Below, in pieces: positions 22,376-28,464 of a DNA stretch of 28,464 nucleotides (position 1 is its first letter; each line of letters opens with the position of its first letter). This stretch comes from Macrostomum lignano (lineage: Eukaryota). Location: contig NIVC01005017.1 of assembly GCA_002269645.1 (NCBI GenBank), positions 1-28,464 of the forward strand, in the 5' to 3' direction. The position numbers and the translations under genes are program-made. The notes below the pieces were generated by a model. The model was not told the DNA's origin. It was given only the letters and a program-made list of their open reading frames with translations, and searched no databases.

Positions 22376-24556
22376 AAGAATTGCAATTCCTTTTCTCTAG
22401 CTAAAATATGCACATTGCACACTTCGAAATAGCAAAAAATTAATAAACTGTTGCGATTTGTTGCGAGTGGCTGGCACCGCATCTTCAGTTCGCGGCGTAG
22501 TTGCGTCGTGTAACTCGTGAGTTGCACAATTTGAATGAGAAGTCGTCTCGATCTCGATGGCATTTTTGACAGTTGAGAATGTGAGTAAATCTAAATATAC
22601 TAATCTTATCATTCTATTTTTGGTTGACTTGTTGGCCCCATTGTTGAAAAAGTATTTCTAAGGCGAATCGGCTTATAAAATTACCACTTAAATGTTTAGT
22701 TACAGTAATAAAATAGTATGTTCGTATATGTAGCTCGTACTTCGTAAAATAAATTACGAAAATCTCTAAAAGCAAGACCTTAACCTCCCAGGTCCATGGC
22801 AGACAAGCCGACACTGAGTTCTTGAGATCTTGATTCTCTAAAAGTGTCTCTTGTTTACCATTGATTAAAAAAATCAGAGAAGTCAACAACAAGCGCTTTT
22901 GCAAAAATGTAATGTCGGGCATTACAAAGGATCAAAACTTGTTTTTAGCTTACTTATTATTATTCATGCAGCAAGAGAATTGCGCTCAAAACACAAACAT
23001 TAGTCGGATCGGAACCGAGCCGTGTTATCAGAAAAGTGACGACAATTTACCGCATGGCAGGGCGGGGGCCAATGAGAGCCAAGACGAGTCACTCTTAAGA
23101 AAAGGAAGAGTAGGCAAAAAACCAAACGAAAAAGTTTGACGCAAAATTCTCAAACAGACGACAACGCAGTCAGAAAACGCAGCCTCGGGAGCTTGCTGGA
23201 CAGGACAAAATGGAGAGCACATGTGAGTGTGTAGGCTTATCAGCAAAGCACAAGGATTAACCACGCAAACAATGACGGAATTTGAAAACTATAGCGAGAT
23301 GTAGATCAATCAAAGACTGAAAACGAGGTGGAACAAAAGACAAACAAAGACACAAGCGGCTATACTATACAGGCACACTGTTACACTCGAGAAGCAACTC
23401 TGGCAGAGACATAGATACAGAAGTTGAGAATTAAATTGTGAAAGACACGCGCAGGAGCAGACCAGTGCTACACGAATTCAGGCAGCAAAAAGAAAAGATA
23501 AAGATTTATCCCCCTCCCCAAATCCCAAGAAGCCGTGAGGAATCAGGACTTAGAAGCTCGTGGAACTTCAATGCACACACTTAGCGGACACGATGGAAGA
23601 AGCGGCTAGTCGATTTGAATTTTTATTTAAAAAAAGACAACAGAGCAACAGAATAATAAAGCAACAGAAATGAGCTCGAGAACTGACTCTGAAAGGAAGG
23701 CAACTCAGGCAGCAGCACAATGCATACGTTTAGTATCATACACAGGCAGGTGTGAAAGCAAAACAATTTAGATTAAGGAGATCAACAAGATTAGACAGAC
23801 AGAAGCAAATATATAAATCAGTGAGCGAATTGGAAGGTGTGAACGAGCGAATGCAAGATAGGTAGAGAGAGAGATGGCTAGGCGGTGGATCACGAGAGCT
23901 GCAAATCCACAGAAACGATCGGATAACTTTTAAGACAGACAGACAGACAGACACAAAGAGGAACGGAACATGAGCACTCTCCCTGAAAAAGCAGCTAGTT
24001 GCAATCAAGTACAAAATAGGAGTTTCATTCACACCGTTGAGGATAGTTAATAAAGTTATTTTTTGCCGAGCTTGTTTACTTAAAATCAGTAGCAGCAATC
24101 AGCCGATGACGGTGTTTGCGTATTTTAACAAAGATTACAATAGAGAGAGACAAAACTGAATTCTAGCGAGCCATTAACTACTTTCGCAAAGATTTGCTTT
24201 TTTATATAAATTACGGGAAGCGGCTACATGTGGTACTAATAGTATTATAATAATAGTTTATACGCAAACTTAACCGATGACGATAAAATAAACCCTGCGT
24301 TTACGAGTAGTTCAGACAATAAGTTAAGCGGGACAAACAATAAATTAGTTTGGTTAGCAAGTTGGATATTAAAAAAAAACCAAAGAGGAATTTTTTAAAA
24401 AAATGTAGGATAATTAATCATATTTTAGCTTCTGAATTTCTGAACTTTGGATAAAAAATGTAATTCCCTTCCTATTTATTAAATTATTTTGCCGATTAAC
24501 CAGGCATAAAGCCTTCCTACCTATCGCTAGTAAAATTAACAGTTGAGACAGAAGAC

Positions 24557-27500
24557 TCAGAAGCTAAACTTTGGAGCCTCCTGGCTATTGCCCGGATTAA
24601 AGGCCAACTGCTGCTGCGGCTCCCCGGTTGAGTCGGCCGGACCGGACACGGCTGGCGCCGTCACAACCGCCGCGCCCGGAGCGGCCGAAGCCTCTTCGGC
24701 GTCCACATCGTCGGTAAAGTACTTTTCAATAATGCCAAAGGACAGGCGATAGATCTCCTCGTTATCGTGCTCCTGCAGCTGCTCGATCTTATCTAAGCCG
24801 CCGCACTCTTCGATCATTTCGCAGACAATTCCAACTGCGCTATCGGCAGCTTTGAGAATGTTGGACAGGCCGTCCAGCACCACCTGCACTACTTGAGTGT
24901 CCTTCACTGTCAGCATGTTGCACAGGGGCGATATCACGCCGGCCTGCACTACGCAGCCGATCTGTTGCGGGTTGCCAGATATTGTCAGATTGGAAACCGC
25001 CCAGGCTGCCTCCTTCTGGGTCTGGAAGTCGCCCTTGTCCAGGTGGTGCACAATCAGCGGTATTAGGCCGTGATCGATTACGGCCTGCACCTGAGCCTGG
25101 TGATAGATTACGAGTTTACAATATATATTGAAAGATCTCAATAAAAGAGGGCACTTAAATGCAAACAAGATATTGTAAGTAATGTATTAGAGGTAACTAG
25201 AGGGCCAGTACGTTTTCAGGTGAGACCAGGATGTCAGGAAAGACCGTAGGATGTCAGGAAAGATAGTATAGCATATCAGGGAAGACCGTAGGGTGTCAGA
25301 AGTGACAGTAGGGTGTCAGAAAAGACAGTATAGTGTCAGAAGAGACAGTAGGGTGTCAGAAGAGACAGTATTGTGTCAGAAGTGACAGTAGGGTGTCAGA
25401 AGAGACCGTAGGGTGTCAGAAGAGACAGTAGGGTGTCAGAAAAGACAGTATAGTGTCAGAAGAGACAGTAGGGTGTCAGAAGAGACAGTAGGGTGTCAGA
25501 AGAGACAGTATTGTGTCAGAAGAGACAGTATTGTGTTGTCAGAAGAGACAGTAGGGTGTCAGAAGAGACAGTAGGGTGTCAGAAGAGACAGTATGGTGTC
25601 AGAAGAGACAGTATTGTGTTGTCAGAAGAGACAGTAGGGTGTCAGAAGAGACAGTGTGGTGTCAGAAGAGAAGACAGTAATATCAGAGGATAAAAAAGGT
25701 TGTCGAAGCAGAAAATAGAGAGGATACAACAGGGTGTCAGGGGAAGACACTGGAGGATATCAGCGGGTTGTCAGGGGATAAAGCACCCGTTTCTGTTCTT
25801 ACCTGATTTCCGGCGGTGATGTTGGACAGGAACCACACAGCTTCCTTGTTGATTTTCTCTTTGCTGTGGGTGAGCAGCGCCGGGAAGAAGCTGAGCGCGC
25901 TGTGGTTGATAACAGTCTGTGTCTGCTCGTCAGTTCCCGTGACAATATTGCCAACAGCTCGCAGAGCCGCCGTCTGCACTTTAACGTCGGCGTGAGCCAG
26001 CAGCGGCACCAGGAACGGCACAATACCCTGATCGATGACCATCTGGATCTGTTCGTTGCCACCGTCGGTTAGGTAGGACAGAGCCCAGACAGTGTCAACC
26101 AGGATATTAGTGTCAGGATGCTGAATAAGGAACAGCAGAGCCGGCAGCAGCTCCAGAATTGTGGCCATAGGCGGCGGCGGCTCCTTGTTGCGGCACAGAT
26201 TGACAATCACCCAGGTGACATTGCGCAGAAATGTGACAGGAATTTCTGGCCCAATAAACCGGAGCAGAGGTTTAACAACGCCAGCGAGATGACGTAATCG
26301 CGCAGGTGCGGCCCGTCGCCGATGATGTTGCCGAGAGCCCAGACAGCCTGTTCGCAGACGTTTTGATGCGGCGAGGATAGCAGGTGCAGAAAGTGCGGTA
26401 TGGCCCCGGCCTTGACGACAGCGTTAGTCTGCTGGCTGGTGCCCGAGGCGATGTTAGTGAGAGCCCAGGCCGCTTCGAACTGCAAGTTGGGATTATCCGA
26501 GCTCGACAGACATTCGACCAGAATTGGCAGGATGCCAGAATTGATTAGATCATCAATTGGCGGATTTCTATCCGAGCTGAGCAGCTTCCTGGCGTTCTGA
26601 ACCGCCTTCAGTCTGGTGGCCTGATCCGGGCTGCGGGCGTCCGCCACGATCACACGAGGCTGCCAACAGCCGGCGGCTTGTCGTTATCGTCGGAGTCGGT
26701 CATGCCGGAGCCGGCCGACTCGACCCCGCGCTGGCACGTTGCGCTTCTTCAACAGGTGCTCGTCGCGCTTGTTCTTGCGCAGCTCAACCTGAAGGATAGG
26801 AGGGACACAGTGGATGGAGATTGGGATTTTGGGATTCTGATCCCTTCCCTAAATACCATTGGTACAACAGGATCTGGATCCCGAAATACCCCAGGCAGGA
26901 TATGGATCCCGAAATACCCAGACAGGATATGGATCCCGAAATACCCCAGACAGGATATGGATCCGGAATACCCCAGACAGGATATGGATCTTGGAATACC
27001 CCAGACAGGATATGGATCCCGGAATACCCCAGACAGAATATGAATCCCGAAATACCCCAGACAGGATATGGATCCCGAAATACCCCAAACAGGATATGGA
27101 TACCGAAATACCCCAGACAGGATATGGATCCCGGAATACCCCAGACAGAATATGAATCCCAAAATACCCCAGGCAGGATATGGATCCCGAAATACCCCAG
27201 ACAGGATATGAATCCCGAAATACCCAGACAGGATACGGATCCCGAAATACCCCAGACAGGATCTGGATCCCGGAATAGCCCAGACAGGATATGGATCCCG
27301 GAATACCCCAGACAGGATATGAATCCCGAAATACCCCAGACATGATATGGATCCCGAAATACCCCAGACAGGATATGAATCCCGAAATACCCAGACATGA
27401 TATGGATCCCGAAATACCCTAGACAGGATCTGGATCTCGAATACCCCAGAAGGATATGGATCCTGAATACCCCAGACAGTATATGGATCCCAAAATACCC

Positions 27501-27793
27501 CAGACAGGATATGGAGCCCGAAATACCCCAGACAGGATATGGATCCCGAAATAACCAGAGAAACGAGACATGAAGGAATAGCCAAATACATAATCTAAAA
27601 CTAGTAGATTTAGATACAAATAACATTAATCTGCAAATATTGAACCAGCGATTCCAACAAACCTGATTGTCTTGACGCCTGCGCCTCATTTCGTCAGCAT
27701 CTTTGCCAGCATTTTTAAACAGAAGCTGGTGCCCACTGGCTGGGGCATTGTTTGCTCCAGAACTATTAGTGTTTGTACCTGGAGATCTGCCAT
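24557..27793 (-). CDS. KPNA4: Importin subunit alpha, alpha-3/4 (KPNA3/KPNA4) class, ~535-553 aa. Exons 27793-27663, 26788-25803 and 25096-24557. Four or five 1-bp frameshifts (~27781, two at ~26725-26735, ~26655, ~26281).
   Basis: IBB domain [41 protein letters not shown] repeats [98 protein letters not shown] and [18 protein letters not shown]-binding end [33 protein letters not shown] and a C-terminal FSF. Phase-0 GT-AG introns 27662-26789 and 25802-25097. KPNA3 and KPNA4 are not distinguishable (an invertebrate gene would be a co-orthologue). Confidence 0.96.
25228..25680. repeat. 20-bp minisatellite, ~20 copies (gtcagaagagacagtagggt), in importin intron 2
   Basis: Period read directly, with a degenerate left flank. 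Confidence 0.95.
26866..27555. repeat. 28-bp minisatellite, ~24 copies (ggatcccgaaataccccagacaggatat), in importin intron 1
   Basis: Period read directly (26876, 26904). Confidence 0.96.
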
Positions 27794-28210
27794 GTTTTTG
27801 TAATTGAATGCTCTCTAAATATATATGCGTTTCTGGTTTCAAATTAAGATGGATTCTGGTCTGAAAGTAAAGGAAAAAAATGGAAATGCTAGATATAAAA
27901 TATAATGGTTATGAGTATTTATAACATCTTGTTTTCTAATGTAAAATTTTCATAAAAACAATATTATATTACATCTAAAAAATTTAGAAGAGTGTTAATA
28001 CTATAGCCATTGCCTTTATATATGTCTATATAAAAAATGTCAAAGTCAAAGTGTATAGTTTATAAGATAGTATTTTTAACAATTGGTAGGTCTATATAGC
28101 TATAGTTTAGTTCATAATAAGTAACTTACAAAGTGAAAATCATACTTAAAAGCCTTAGTTTTTAAAAGGTATATTAAAGCAAAGATAAGATATATTTTTC
28201 ATATATATAT

Positions 28211-28464
28211 TACGAGGGGTGTCCAAAAAGTAGTGATACTTTTAACCGTAGCTCTCGTTCTATAGCTTTCTGTGATTTAAAATTTTATGAACTGATAGCG
28301 GCAAATCTCTTCTACAGACTGCTTTTTGAATTTTTAAAATTGATACCAGAGAACAAAAGTTATACCCACGAAAGTAACAGTACCTGTACCATAGAGTTAC
28401 ACAAATTATAGGCTGAGCTTCACGAGATCCATGCTGAGTAAGCTTCGATGAATTGTTGATTTTG
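28211..28464 (+). mobile_element. Probable left end of a mariner-type element or MITE (TA target plus TIR); the right end is not identified
   Basis: TA-CGAGGGGTGTCCAAAAAGT directly after an (AT)n run resembles mariner TIR starts. No matching inverted copy lies in the window. Confidence 0.45.

Noticed and set aside
23059-23228. GC box and CCAAT (23059-23075), followed by a plus-strand ATG GAG AGC ACA T|gtgagt mini-exon
   Set aside because: No downstream plus-strand coding exon could be found. The region reads as U-rich sequence downstream of importin on the minus strand.
9058-27555. CRISPR-like appearance of the regular 20-33-bp repeats
   Set aside because: The units are head-to-tail with no unique spacers, there are no cas genes and the context is spliceosomal and eukaryotic.
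12481-27793. Calling MORC and importin (and likewise the protocadherin) pseudogenes
   Set aside because: There are no independent nonsense substitutions, splice sites and catalytic or structural motifs are intact, and the lesions are a uniform homopolymer-deletion type typical of sequencing error.
12481-27793. MORC-containing prokaryote-style defence or restriction operon (MORC ATPases occur in such systems)
   Set aside because: The gene has spliceosomal introns and a eukaryotic CW finger, its neighbours are importin-alpha and a protocadherin, and no nuclease or methylase partner is present.
26749-27842. 352-aa and 280-aa ORFs extending importin exon 1 through repeats
   Set aside because: They start at non-ATG codons or read through the 27662 donor into the 28-bp intronic array. 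The IBB domain is completed only by splicing to 26788.

Overview
Eukaryotic (metazoan, probably invertebrate) genomic DNA with three spliced protein-coding genes, all on the minus strand. In transcription order they are an importin-alpha of the KPNA3/4 class (~27793-24557), a MORC3/4-type GHKL-ATPase/CW-finger gene (20779-12481) and a 7-cadherin-repeat protocadherin (5265 to at least 1868, probably running off the left edge). All three reading frames are broken by about 10-11 single-base deletions, mostly in short homopolymers, which most likely reflects unpolished long-read consensus rather than pseudogenes. Every intron of MORC (4/4) and importin (2/2) holds its own minisatellite, and three further arrays lie between MORC and the protocadherin. 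Other features are a tRNA-headed SINE with a MIR-like CORE domain, a Tc1 transposase relic, a probable mariner TIR at the right edge and a (CT)37 microsatellite. GC-rich coding exons with minisatellite-filled introns resemble Macrostomum-type flatworm assemblies, but that is inference only. I cannot support a clearly new biological system. The best leads are the Trp-to-Ser change in the MORC CW aromatic cage, the one-array-per-intron architecture, the CORE-SINE, possible SL trans-splice acceptors and a 17-bp identity between a minisatellite unit and the importin stop-codon region.
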